A stretch of DNA of 64,000 bases, taken from the NCBI RefSeq assembly GCF_009914755.1, contig NC_060931.1, one strand, 5' to 3'. The notes beneath the pieces are model-generated. The model ran no database searches and had not been told where the DNA came from. It saw nothing but the letters and a program-made list of their open reading frames with translations. Below are positions 43,209 to 57,567 of the stretch, piece after piece. The stretch is from the human T2T-CHM13v2.0 reference genome, Homo sapiens. The stretch's first letter is position 1. Every line of letters begins with the position of its first letter. A program made the translations under genes and the position numbers.

Positions 43209-44563
43209 CAAAGACTTACTTTCCCAAGAGGCTTTTCCTTCTTACTTGTGAATGCAGGTCTCCTTGGGAAGCCTAGAGTTCCCTGGTAGAGTTATTTACT
43301 TTGGCCCAGATAGGCCTGGGTTTTTCAATTACAGGAAAGGTTTTAAAAACAACAAACAACAACAAAACAGTCACAGTAACAATAATGTGAGAGACCAGAG
43401 GCAAAGGCAGCCTCAAGTGTTATTTTTATGAGATTGTATTGGAGGCCGCGGCTATTTATTGGGGAACTGGTCCTCGTGAAAAGCACATTTCTTTTTTCGA
43501 TTTGGAACTCTGGGGGGCTCCTTTCAAGGAAACCTTACCCGAGGTCAGCTCTTCGTGAGTGTCCTCTCCTCTCTCTGCTTCATTCCTGTCGGGGATGTTT
43601 TCCTCCCCCACTGCCTGCTGTCAGCTAAGCCAGAGAGTTCCCCTGAGGGGTAGTACCTCTGCCTGGTCCTACCCGATTCCTGGGCTGTCCCGGCCAGACA
43701 GCACCTGTCATCCTCCAGGTTTGAAGTTGGAGCTCCTGGGAGAATTGTACCTGTGTGTTCTTGTGCCCACCTACTTGGAAAATAACCATTCTTTAGGGAT
43801 GAGAGGGAAGCAGCCAGGAGGCACGGTGCTCTGTCCCGGAGCCACAGAATGATGTCAGCTCATTCAGAATGATGTCAGAATGATGAGTGTCAGCTCACAG
43901 GGCCTGCTACGAAAGATCCCAAATGGAAGCTAAAATAGTGCTGTGCTGTGATCCCGGCAGGTCCTGAGAGCACACTCTCTCCTTCTTCATTTTGTCACAT
44001 CAGCGGAGCCAGATGGTGTCAGAGTATGCTCTTTCTCTCTGCCAACAATCATCATGCACCTGAGCCCAGGACATCAGTCCTATTTCCCACACTCCTGCGT
44101 GACAGAACTTCTTACTCCCATTTCACAGCTACAGAAAATGAGCCAGGAAGGGTGGGTAACTCGCACAGGCCCATTTGAGGGAAGCAGCAGAGCTAGGCTG
44201 AGACTCGATTTTATCTGATGCCTGAGCCTATGGCACTCCTGGACAGGTTCCTGGAGTAAACAACACCAATACAGCACTCTGAATTTATCTGATGAAGACT
44301 GGTGTGGGTGAACTAGGAACAAATGCCACCAAACTATAAGAATTAGGAAACACTTTTGCACATGCTAGGGACTGTCAGGAACTACTGGGGGCATTACCAC
44401 AGGACAGCCTTGGTGCTGTCTCCAGCAGAGCCTTGAACTCCATGTCCACAGCACACACTGGCATGGGTGGTGTGAGTCCCAAATTCCAGGTGGGGTTAGG
44501 CACTGCCCTTACCACTTCTGTTGTGGGGTTTCCTTGTTTCTAGTGGTAACTCAATTATCCTAA

Positions 44564-44908
<345 letters not shown>

Positions 44909-44936
44909 GATGCTGGACATCTCTTAATAAATTCTA

Positions 44937-45167
44937 AGCCAGGTGTGGTGGCACATGCTTGTAGTCCCAGTTACTAGGGAGGCTGAGGCAGGAGGATCGC
45001 TTCAGCCCAGGAGTTCTAGGTTGTGGTTAGTCACAATCCCCCTACAGCTCTCCAGCCTGGGTGACACAGTGAGACCTCACCTCAAACAAAACAAAAGGAA
45101 ATGAAACAAACAAACAAACAAACAAACAAAACCTACCAACAACAAAACAAAACCAACAAACAAAAAA
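44937..45167 (+). mobile_element. Alu monomer (FRAM/AluJ right arm) with (CAAA)n tail
   Basis: GCCAGGTGTGGTGGCACATGC...GGAGGATCGCTT...CAGCCTGGGTGACA. Confidence 0.8.
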
Positions 45168-48100
45168 TCCCAGATTCTAAGTAGTAATATGGCTAAGCCC
45201 AAAGGGAACTCAAATTACTAACTCTTTTTAGTTTCGTTCCATCTGTTGGCTGGCGTCTGATCAGAAGGGACCCGCAGTTCCTGTAAAGCCAGTTGATGCA
45301 TCCAGTGTCGTATTGTCCTTGACTCAGTGTGGTCTGTGCTTGCAAACTGACTACACGTATTAGGGCTTATTTGGTTTTCTATTTTAAGGAGTTAGTGTAA
45401 GAATGAATTTTTTTCTCTATTTTTTCCTTATATAACTTGCCCATCAAATTCTTTCCAATTGTGTCATTAGAGGCCTGGTGATTACGTGCATGACAAGTAT
45501 TTCTTTGGTTAGTTATCCTCTTTTTTTCTTATTTTTATTGTTCAGACTTGACAGTTTGTATATCTTAAAATATCTTTTCATTTTCTTTGAAATATGTCTT
45601 TTGTAATTTCAAAACTACTGAAATTATACTTCATTCATCCATAGCTTTGATCAATTTTCTGCTCTCTTCTTGTTTTACTAAAATTAAATTTACTCTTTTT
45701 TACACTTTCATTTACTTTTGAGTTGTATAATGTTTTATCTTTTTTTTTTTAAGTCTCAATTCAAGTAGTCTAATGCCCTTGTTAAATTACTCTATTTTAC
45801 CTCCTTGTACTTAAAGGTCATTTTGTCATATCTTTTGAAATGCAGTAGGGCCTCTTTTTGGACTTCCTATGCCACTGCATAGATTTACATTTCTGTTTTG
45901 TACCAATTTTATTTTTTTTAAAGCACTGAAACATCACACTATGTTCTAATATTTTGTAGGATTAGAATTTTTCTAGCTCTTCTTTCTTCTTAGGAAATTT
46001 TTGTTTTTAAAAACACATTTACTTACCAATTATATTTTAGAGCCATTTTGACTTAAGAAATTATTCCAGTTGGTATTTTGATTATGTTTCCATTCCAATA
46101 TAAATGCGAACTTGGGTTGAGAGTGTCCTCTCACCCTTCCTCTTTCCTCACTCCCTGGAGTCATCTTGGCCAACTCCAGGGTCCCTGTGTATGGAGCACT
46201 TGATGTCCTGTATACCCACCTCCCCTGCTGTATGGCCACCTCTATGGAGGCTGTAGCTTTCCATAGAGTACCTGCACTCAGCCATGGCAGAAAAAGCACA
46301 ACGTCCTAAGTCACTAGTGCAAACATCCTAACTCGACCATAATAATTGCGGATTCAAAAAATGTCCATAAATATGTATATTTAACTCCATTAAGAATAGT
46401 TGTGTTTAGCTGAAAATGCTCTATCGATACCCTAACGATTGGTGCTTAATTTCTAATTTTTTTGCAGTTGAAACAATATTAAAATAACTCTTTTATACAT
46501 ATTTTAGATACTTTCCCAATTGTTTCCTCATTAAAAATCTATCAAATGAGAATCTTTGGGTTGAAGAGTATGTACATCTCACAATTTAAAAACATCTTGC
46601 TTACTTGACTTCCTGAAGGGTTGTACCAATATGCATCTCCTTCCAGTGTTCATACTTAATTTTGATTATTTGTGTGTCTCCTTGGAGTACTTGAGTGGAG
46701 AAAGTATTCCTCATTCATCTTTATAATGCCAAAGTCTCTAGCTCAATGTTTGAGAAAGTGCTAAATAAATGTTCATTGAATGAACATTGAAAGAAAAGCA
46801 ATTATTTTTCAATAGAAAGCCAAAAAACAACCCTACTCCTCACAAAAAAAGAGAGAAGGGAGAAAAAAATTGGTTTATTTCTTTCTGTCAGTATCCAACT
46901 AACTAAAAGGTTTGCAAAAATTCACTTGGGGAAGGAATTTTGGACTTTGATGGAGAGATGTTTGGAAGCCTCGACTCCTAACTGTAAAGGATCTAGGCAG
47001 ATCAACTGTAACTATAGTTGCTGTTTGGCATTTGGATTATCTCTTAGCTTGGACTTGTGCTTTGTTGGAACTCCTTGTGTGAACATTGGGCTGTGTTTTC
47101 CTGCAGTGCTTAACAACAAGAACTTCAAAATACATCTGGGAAAGTCCCCTCTTTTGAGAGGTTGGCATCTAGAGGCCCCAAGTGCCCCAAAGAGACACAA
47201 TAGAATTTCATGCTTCTTTCAAAGCCCTTTGTTTCCAAAGACAAGGGCAACAGACTAATTATGTGCTTTACTTTAGCTTCCTGGATATTCTAAACTTATG
47301 GTGTTTTCCTCTTCTCTCAGCCAACGAGATCTTCTGGCTAGCTCCTCCCTTTGAAAGGCTCTCTTTCTTTCTTATTCATTTACAATTTTAGTTTTTGTAC
47401 CTAAGCATTTTATTCTTTGTGGTTTTTAGTTGCAACCAAATCCACATACCGCATGAGTCACTTGGAGGATTTAAAAATATATTTAGACTCAATCTGGAGA
47501 TTGTTTGTTCAAGACAGATGGAAAATTACATACTTAATCTGTAGGCCTGAGCTTCTGTCCAGGTACCATCACAAATTAGTTCCAAGATATTGCACAAAAT
47601 AATAATCTTTATGACATAAAAGGTGTAAAACTGGCACAGTATTACCTATCTCACTGGTTGTTGTGAGGATTAAATAATGAATGAGCAAGTGCTTGCAAAT
47701 GCTTCATGGTTATGCAAACGAACTACTTAAGGATAGGGCTTGGTCTTCACATCTGAATTCCCAGGAGAGCCTCATTCAGGGATTGTGTACGGCTCTGCTT
47801 CATTTAGTTTCACAAGGACATTCATTCCATCCTCTTGGACAGAAACTAGGTCATGTTGGTTTTCACTGCTATTTCCCCAGTCCCTGTAACAGTGCCTGAC
47901 GTGGTACACAATTCCGAATGAACGAATGAGTGAAAGCACTTATTTTTATTGCCTTAGTACACCACAGTTTATTGATCTATTCTCCCATTGACGGGGTTTG
48001 CATGACTTCCAATTTTTTTTTCTTTCGCAAGTAATGTTGTGTAAACACTTTTGACCATTGAGCATACCTCTTGGTTCATGTGTATAATCCCTTCTTAACA

Positions 48101-48719
48101 ACTGTGTATTTGGTTAAATTATATAGTATTCTTAAGGTTGAAACCAGTCTAATCTAACAGAATTAATATGGTTCAATTTACTACATAGTTATTGAATTAT
48201 TGGGCCATAGAATTTGCAAATCCTTAGCTTACTAATATTGTCAAATTGCTGTCCAAAGTTCCTGTTTATGCATATGGTCACTGACAATGAGTACTCTCAG
48301 GCTTTTTACATTGTCCCGAATTGGTGGGTGTAAAATGATGATCTCATTGGGGTTTAATTTGCATCTGCTTGAGTACTACTGAAACTGGGCATCATATAAG
48401 GTGTTCATAGTTTGATCTTGTCTGCTCATTTCTTTTGACTGTGTTCAATTCTATCATTTCCTACTATTGATTTGTAGGCATTTGTAGGTATTACAGATAA
48501 CTGCATTATCAGTTATACATGTTGAAATAGATGCTTCAAGTCTATGGCTGGTCTTTTCCACTCTTCAAATGGCTTTTCTGAAGAACAGAGATTTTAAATT
48601 TGTAAATAGCTTAAGTTTCTTTTGTTGTTTATGATTTTTGTGTCTTATTTAAGCATTAAAAAGAAAAGGAAAACTGTCTGTTTTCTTCTGAACATTTTAA
48701 AAAAGTTTTGTTTACTTTT

Positions 48720-49232
<513 letters not shown>

Positions 49233-51152
49233 AAAGTTGTTGTTTTCTCATATTTAGAGTTTTTTATATGATGATGACAAAGACCTAATCTATCCCTGCC
49301 TCCTCTATCTCCACTCTCAGAATAACCAGTTTTATAGCACAATTTGTTGCAGAAGAAATTATTGTCCCTTTGATTTGTCAACCACCTTTCTCATACATCA
49401 AGTCTCCAAATATGCACAGCTCTGTTGCTAGGCTCTTCCACAGGTTGCTTTGCTTATTATGGAACTAATAGCATGGTGTTTTAATTACTATTACAGAAAG
49501 CTTTGTTATATGAAAGGACAAGTTATTTCAACCTGTTGATGAAAATTGTCTCAAGTATTTTTGACCATTCTTCTCCCAAATACATTCTAGAATCAGCTCA
49601 TTAAGTATGATAACAACAGCAAGATCAAAGCAAATAAAACAAAACAAACAAAAACCTTTTGGAATTCCATTAGAATTGCATTGAGCCTACAGATCAATCT
49701 GGGTAGGATTAACATCTTTATGGTACTGAGTTTTTTAATGCAGTAATGATATTAATCTGTTCATATATTTAGCTTCTTTTTGCTGTCTTTCAATAAAGTT
49801 TTATAATTTTCTTTATGAAATAATTGCACAAACTTTAGTCAAAAATTTCCCCCAGATGCTTTATCTTTTGTTGATAATACAAATCATATGTTATTTAAAA
49901 ACACTTTTTTTGATTAATACTTGCTGTTGTAGAAAGTTATTGAGGTAGGTATTGGATTCTCCTTCTATGAAGGTAAATTCAGAATTTTCTTCCTGTAATA
50001 AAATATTGTAATATAATGTAATTGTTGTGCTATATATTTTGAGGTTAAATGATTAAGTATACACGTTCATAATATTATTATACTTTTTGGTATCAATCTT
50101 TTTGTTATGTATTAATCCTCTCAATCATTGATTGATATCCTTATATATTGATAAGAATGACAACTTTCCTTGTCTTAAAGTCTTCTTTGTTTGATATTAA
50201 CATAACTAATTTGTTTAATATTTACCTACCATATCTTTTTCATCTCCTTCCTTTTAACCATTCTATGTCCTTATATTTTAATTACAGCCATTCTAAATAG
50301 CATATAGCATTTTCTTTTTGAAATCAAGCTTGATAATTCTTGTCTTTCAAATAGTGAGTTTAATCTAAGCATTATTTGAAATTAAAGCATACTATTTGAA
50401 AGTTTCTTTAGTGTAGGTCTGTTGTTGGATAACTTGGTTTCTGATTATGTGAAAAATTTCTTTTAGCCTCATTCCTGAGAGATTGTTTTTCTGGGTATAC
50501 AATTCTAGATTGACAGAATTTCTTTCAGCAATTTAAAGATATTTAACTATCTCTGGGTTCTTATTTTTGATGAGTCTTCAGTAATTCTAATTATTTCTTT
50601 GAGGTGATGTGTCCTTATTCTTGAATTGATATTGAGATATTCTCTTTTACTTAGTTGTGTTGAAGTTTCACTATACCATGTCTTAGTGTAGATTTAGCTT
50701 TCCTAGTAAATGTGGTATATACTTTATCTATGGATTTGGACTTGTGTCTTTCATATTTTCTAAAAAAAATTTTAGCCACTAGTTACTTAAATATAGCCAC
50801 TCCTACTTTCTCTCCACTCCCCTTGAGGGGCACTCTCTCCCTTAAATTGAATCTTATATGTTAAGATTCAGCTCATGAATTGTTTTTTCTAATTTATTTT
50901 TTGGTCACTTTCCTCTCCTCAGCTCTTTGTTGATTTATTTTACTTCCAGAAAGACCAGAAATGCAAGAAAAATGACATTCTTTTAGCAGGAATGCCCCTG
51001 TCGTTTCTAGTCAGCATACTACTGAAAGCAGAAGTGATATTCCTTCATTTAAAATTTTCTTCCATTTTCATTTGGTCTGGAATTCATTGCCAAGCCTTTT
51101 CACCCCTCAGGGTGTTTGGTAAATATATTATCTGTGTTATTTCATTATTGAG

Positions 51153-51188
51153 AATATGTATATATCTGTGTGTATATGCATATATATA

Positions 51189-51219
<31 letters not shown>

Positions 51220-51290
51220 CAGTGTATACATATATATATCAGTCCCTGTCTCTCTATATATATCACAAATATATATACATATATATTTGT
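51153..51290. repeat. (TA)n/(TG)n compound microsatellite
   Basis: Alternating purine-pyrimidine runs. Confidence 0.9.
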
Positions 51291-54200
51291 AAAATTTGTT
51301 GTTTAAAGGCCATTTAGCTGTGTGTCATTTTTTTTAATCCTACTTTTTTTCTCTTAGAACTTTGTAAATTGATGCATTGGCATCTAACATGAAATGTTTT
51401 GAGGATATATTTAAGGCCAGACTGATTTTCTTCTCTTGTTAGGGAGTTGTCTTTTTTTTTTTTTTGTCTGTCTAGACACCTGTAGTAGTAATAGTTTATT
51501 TTTGAAGTTCAGTAGCTTGAAGTTTAATGGCCGTAGTTTAACTACAGCTTATTTTATTTTTCTGAAATATAGTATACTCTTTCAGTCTGCAGATGAAATC
51601 TTCTCTATTTCAGGGAAATTCTCCTATCTTATATCTTTGAGGAATATCGTCAAAAAATATTTTGTTCAATTTGTTGGATTCTTTACTTTGGGGGTGCCAA
51701 TTTTCCTTATGTTGTATAGTCTTTGTTTTTCAAATATATTAGCTTTTGCGTCTTAATATTTTTGCCTTTAAAATGTTTTTAAAAATCATTATTGTTATTG
51801 TAAGCTGTTTCTTATTCCAAAAATTGAAATTTAACTAGTATGTATTTTCTTTTTATGGTTTCTAAATCATTTAACATTCCACAGTGATGATTTTTTTGTT
51901 TTTTTTCTTAGATCCACAATCTCTTTTTTACTTATTTGTTTATATCTTTTTTCTGAGCCCTTGTTTTCTGAATATTTGTCCTTATTAAAGTGTTCTTCTT
52001 AATGGGGCACTTGTAAAGAAATTCTTCATTTTATTTGAGTTGTTTCTTTTCCAGGCATGCTTTATGACTTCCTTTTGTTTTCTTTTTCTTTTTCTGTTGG
52101 TTTATTTCCTTCCTAATGTTTAGATAGCAGCTGTGCTCTTTGTTTTATTGCCACCTATACTTGGGGAGTTCAGCCCAGGTATTATATTTGTTCTTGACTC
52201 TCTTTTCAATAAATCTGGGAACAGTTTTATTTCTCCTTCAATATCTAGTGTGATCCCTAAGCATATCCTGTATGCTGTAATCATCTATAGAAGGAGAAGA
52301 TTGGAAATGGTCAGGACAGCCATGGAGAAGAGTGAGGGAAATCATCTGAGATGCAATACAACCTTTGTTAGACCAGTTGGGCTCCGTGCTCTCCTATGAA
52401 AAATTGTTAAACGTTTTGTGTAATGTTCAGTTCATTTTGTGGAAATTGCTCTCCAGCTTTGGATTCTTCTCACATTTCTCTATGTAGTCCTGGAGGTTTC
52501 CTCGAGAGTCAGCCTCATTGTTCACTTTCCTTGTTTATTTGATCATTCTCAGTAGCAGTTTTTCCAACTCCTCTGTCAGAAGCAGGAGATAAGGAGACTC
52601 CTTTGGGTTGCTCATCTCCATGGATGTGGGTTTTGGGGATAGTCACCAGGATTGTGAGGGGACATTGTTATGGCTTTAGAGATTGTCAACTAAGTTGGGG
52701 TTGAAGTATGGTAGGCTTATTTGATCTGCTCTAGAAACTTTTTTTTCTTTTTTTTTACGTTTTGGTAGTTTTTTTCTATTAGGCAAATACAAGTTTATTC
52801 CTGCCTCCTCTAATTTATTTTCTTTTCTCTCCCCCCACCCCACCCATTTTGTCTGGAAGAAGAAAAAGTCTGTGAGGAAGTTTCAATGTATCATTTTACC
52901 CAGGAGTCCTTTTTGTGTACATGTTCATCTGTATGTATTGCTAATGTCTTCCCAAATGCCATCGTGGCTCAGCTGTGCTGATGGAAACATGGAAAGGTTT
53001 ATATTCATGCTCAGGCCACAAGGTGAGAGGAATGGTAGTGGAACAGGGATCTGGGCATCCACGAAATTCATGGTGAGAAGTGCCTTGCGGATGGGAAGCT
53101 CCGGGGTACAGGACTGAACGCTTCCACCCTCTGCTGGTCGGAGCTTCCCTCCTGGAAGAGTAGGAGGGCTTTGTGGTGGTTTGGTAGTGGGGGCATTGTT
53201 TTGTTAACTGCTAATAGGTTTACCAGACGGTTATTTTTCTTGAGAGGAGAGCCTGTGGCAGCATCTGTGCCAGCGCATTTGGACAGCAGAAGTGCCAGTT
53301 TCTGCTTCTGATTGGGTCACTTTCTGGTGTTAAGAAGTCAGCAATGGAAGGTCTGAGATGTGCGAGATACGGTGAAGCCCTAGCATTAATCAGACAGCAT
53401 TCCTATTTAACAGGGGTAAGATTCAAAATGTTAAGCAAGATTCGAGGATAATAATGACATATAAGAAGAAAAACGTGATTAAAAATGTGATGAGAAAGGG
53501 AAGGCTGCCTTTGCACCCCTGCAGAGAAATAGTCTTATGAAAGCCACTCACACACAATGGAAAATGACACAGCAGAACTGGTGTCTGGCTACTTTTCTCT
53601 TGAATGGAGCAACTTCAAATTCAGAACAATGAAAGATATTTTTTCACTTGTGATTTTCAGAAGGGTCAGTGACCACCTTGTAAATAAAACACTCTGAGAT
53701 GTTGTTTTTTAGGTTTAATTGGAATTCTGTTATTATTTCAAGATGCTTAGAGAAACTTTTCAACGATAAGATTCAAGGTTTTATTTTCTTCCAATAATAT
53801 TTTCATTTGAAACTAGAGATCGGATGTGGATTTTTAAGACTGGACTGAAAAATATTTGTGATTTTAGAGTTACTACTATTTTAATTTGGCTTTGGCAGGG
53901 TCCTTTAAATGATGTTGTCTTCATGTGAAGGGAACAATATCCAGATACTATAAATAAAAGGATTGATAAATTAATGGCATGAAAGATTTAGACAATAAAA
54001 AGGCAAATACAAAGTTGGAGAAAGTATTTGTAATACCATAAGCCATGAAAAGGCTGAATTCTTTAATTAAAAAATTAAATACAAAATGATGCTTTGTAAG
54101 TCTGTAAAAATAAACAACAACTTAATAGAAAAATAGGCAACTGGAAGAACAGAGAGTTAATATGCAAGGAATTATTATATGCTTAACTTGTGAAAAATGC

Positions 54201-55582
54201 TTGATCTTAATAACTAAAGTTATCATTATGTTTTTGCATATCAGCTTGACAAAAAATTAAGTTTGTTAATCCTAGGTGCTATTGAGAGTGCAATCAGAGT
54301 AAATGATAATTGGTTTAGTTTTTAATGAGGGCATTTTCACTACATCTATCCAAATTAAAAATCCACATTAAAAATCATATACACTTCAGTGCAGTAATCC
54401 CATTTGGCAATGGTACCTCACGGATCTACTTACAAAAGTCAGCCAAATATGTAAAAAAAACCTCATGAAGTTAAAAGCTGGGATTCATTGAACTGCATCT
54501 ACTTGATTTCATAATGTGCATTGGTTTTAGTATGTTGCTGTCTTGTTATCTGTAATCAACTATAATAGAGTAATATATTTGGTGTTTTGGACCAAAATTC
54601 ATGCTACACATATGTCTGACTTTGATGGCCTTTACCTTTTCAAGAAAACTGTTGCAAATTTGAGCAAAATTTTCCCAGTTGTAATATTTCAATAGTGTCA
54701 TGTAATAGAAAAAATTTAGAAACACTCCTAAGAGAGTTTTCAATTTCAAGCAGAAATGCTTCTCTTCTAAGTAAGTACCACTTTAATTGATAAAAGAAAA
54801 ACAACCTCATGATATCACTGGCCCCAAATAGAAAAACATGCAAATTTTCATGATGAAGTGATTGGTTAAATAAATTAAATCCTACGGTGGAATATTATGT
54901 AGCCTTTAAAAGTAGCAAGGTAGAACTATAAGTGCTGTTATGGAAAATTGGTTCTAACACATTAGTTATACATATACATGTATTTTGTAAATAGATAGTT
55001 TATCCTATAGGAGAGTGGTTATAATCTTTCTGTACTTTTAAAATTTCTTAACCATACATATGTTTATTTACATATTTATAATGTCAAAAGTTATATGAGT
55101 CTTGGTTCTATAAACCATTTTCTGTTTTTTATACAACTACTTGTCTTAAAAAATAGCTATTGTATGTTATTAAAAATGAAACAGAATAAAAAACCCAAGA
55201 AAATTATGTGTTTATTATTCTTAATGCTATCAAGTTATCATTTAATATGAGGTATATTTTTTATTTTGCTTACTTATATTCAGTCAGAATTAATGATGGA
55301 ATCTTCCCCCACCACCTCCCTACCCCAATACTCCAGTAACTTATTAATTTATTACAAAGAATGACCAAAATGACTTAAATAAGTAGTTATCTCCTGAGCG
55401 TCCTTGACCTTTCTTTATAGTTTAATTGTGGTCCCTTGAACCAGAGGGTGATCTGCAGGCATTTTCTTTGTTATCAGAATGTGTGAAACTAGGTTTCAGG
55501 ACTGTGTCAGAGAACTTTTTAATCATGATGCACTTTTTGTCACAAGAAATACTTCCTCGTGGAATATTTCAAAGACGGTGAT

Positions 55583-55890
55583 TTATTTTTAATTTTTTAA
55601 TTTGAGACGGAGTCTCGCTCTGTTGCCAGGCTGGCGTGCAGTGTGGTGCAGTCTCGACTCACTGCAACCTCCACCTCCCGGGTTCAAGTGATTCTCCTGT
55701 CTCAGCTTTCTGAGTAGCTGGAATTACAGGTGTGTGCCACCATGCCTGGCTAATTTTTTTTTGTATTTTTGGTAGAGATGCAGTTTCACCGTGTTGGCCA
55801 GGCTGGTCTGGAACTCCTGACCTCAAGTGATCCGTCTGCCTCGGCCTCCCAGAGTGTTGGGATTACAGGTGTGAGCCACCGTGCCCGGCC
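55583..55890 (-). mobile_element. Alu (AluS-like)
   Basis: Full reverse Alu; TSD AAAGA(C/G)GGTGATTT. Confidence 0.92.
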
Positions 55891-57141
55891 AAAGAGGGTG
55901 ATTTCTTTTCTTCTTTAATTATACCAGGGATGGAAAAACTCTTTTACACCTGTGTTTTGTCTTCATGGCTTTAGGCCACTCATCTGGTCACATTTAGATC
56001 TGCTTACAAGGAAGGATTACTGCAATGGGATATGACCATGGCAGTTCAAAGAATAAAGAAACCAAAGTGACCAGAAGTTCATGTTAGTTCAAAGCATTAT
56101 AACTGGGAATCTGAAACAGTAAGATATCCTCTTTGGTGTTTGATGGAGCATTCTTAGCCTGCAGATTTTTAGGTTTTTGTTTGTGCATTTATTCAATGGC
56201 TTGCCTACTTTTTGTCTGGCTATAAACTTTTGTATTTGCAAAATGATGTCACATGAATTCAATACAAGATTATCCACCATAAAACAAGTGAAGAATGATG
56301 ACAGTAAAATTAATTTTATGACAATTGAGGCTTTTCTATTAATTTTTTGGGCTATACCTTATAGGTGGTGTTTTTTTTTTTCCTCAAATGATTAAATTCC
56401 ATGTGTGAAATGATTAAATTCCATGTGTCAAAGTTAATTTTCTTTTAACTTTGAAAATTTGAGGTTGTACAAAGTATTGCAATCATTTGAGTAGCTCTTT
56501 TGTAGTCTGTGTCAAGAGATTTTACTCCAGTAATCTTAGTTTTAGGAGTTTATTCTAATTTTAAGGAAATAATTCAAATGAAAGATTATTTATACACAAA
56601 AATGTTACTTAACAGAAGAATGTGTGAATTATGGGATATTCCTTTGGTAAGAATATTATGCAACAAGTAAGCTGATAGTTATAAATCTTGTTTGGCAATA
56701 TTGAAAAATATGCATAAAATGAAGGTAAATGAGAAGTGGATGCTACCACCAAAGCCAGCAAAATATCTATTTGGGTAAAAAAGTCAGAAATGTTAAAGAA
56801 ATTAGAAAAATAAAAATAGTTGCTGTATTGAAGTATGGGAAATACGGGTGAAGTTATTTATTTCTTTAATTTCTGTAATGTCATAAGTTCTGAAATAAAT
56901 AAAAATGTGCAGAAAAAGGAAAGAAGCAAAAGCTGGGTCTGATGGGAGAAGAACAAGGAGATGACACCGTCACAGATCTGGACGCAATGATAAATGAACT
57001 AGGCCTTCTCTGTGGGCTCCTGTCCCAAATGACTGTTCTGAGACACACAGCAGGGATTAAAATGACCTCCTTCAAGAGATGAAAATATTGTAATACCTTA
57101 CAATTTATTCAGGTGATTTTTTTTTTTTTTTAATTTTCTAG

Positions 57142-57235
57142 GTCCTTTTCCTTGCTGAATTCTTCTGGCCTTGTATCCTGTTTGTAATTCTGACAGTTCT
57201 TCGTTTTCAAGAACCTCCCAGATACAGAGACATTT
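57142..57235 (+). CDS. ABCA13: ABCA13 coding exon 2 ([31 protein letters not shown]; first TM helix)
   Basis: Long T tract + TTCTAG acceptor, 94 nt, donor GTAAGT at 57236; in frame with exon 1; E-x-x-W-P hydrophobic TM1 typical of ABCA proteins. Confidence 0.96.
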
Positions 57236-57567
57236 GTAAGTTTCACTTTTTAATATACTTTTTGAATTAACCTTTGGAGAAAAAAAACTCATAGCACTCT
57301 TTCTTGTTTTTTATAAACTCTGAATGCTGAGTGAAATGAATAGATAGGGTTTCATTATGACAATAACAACATATCTGGAGTATATGTCAATAAGCCACAA
57401 TTTAGGTTTTGTCTTTTAAGAATGATATTCACACAGGTTCACTCAATCTAGCACATAGATTTGTTCTTCCAATTAAAACTGACACAATCTGGGCATAAGT
57501 AAATAGCCATTATAAATATAGAAAGGAGAAGAAGTAGAAGTGGGAGATGCATTTCATAGTTTATCAG

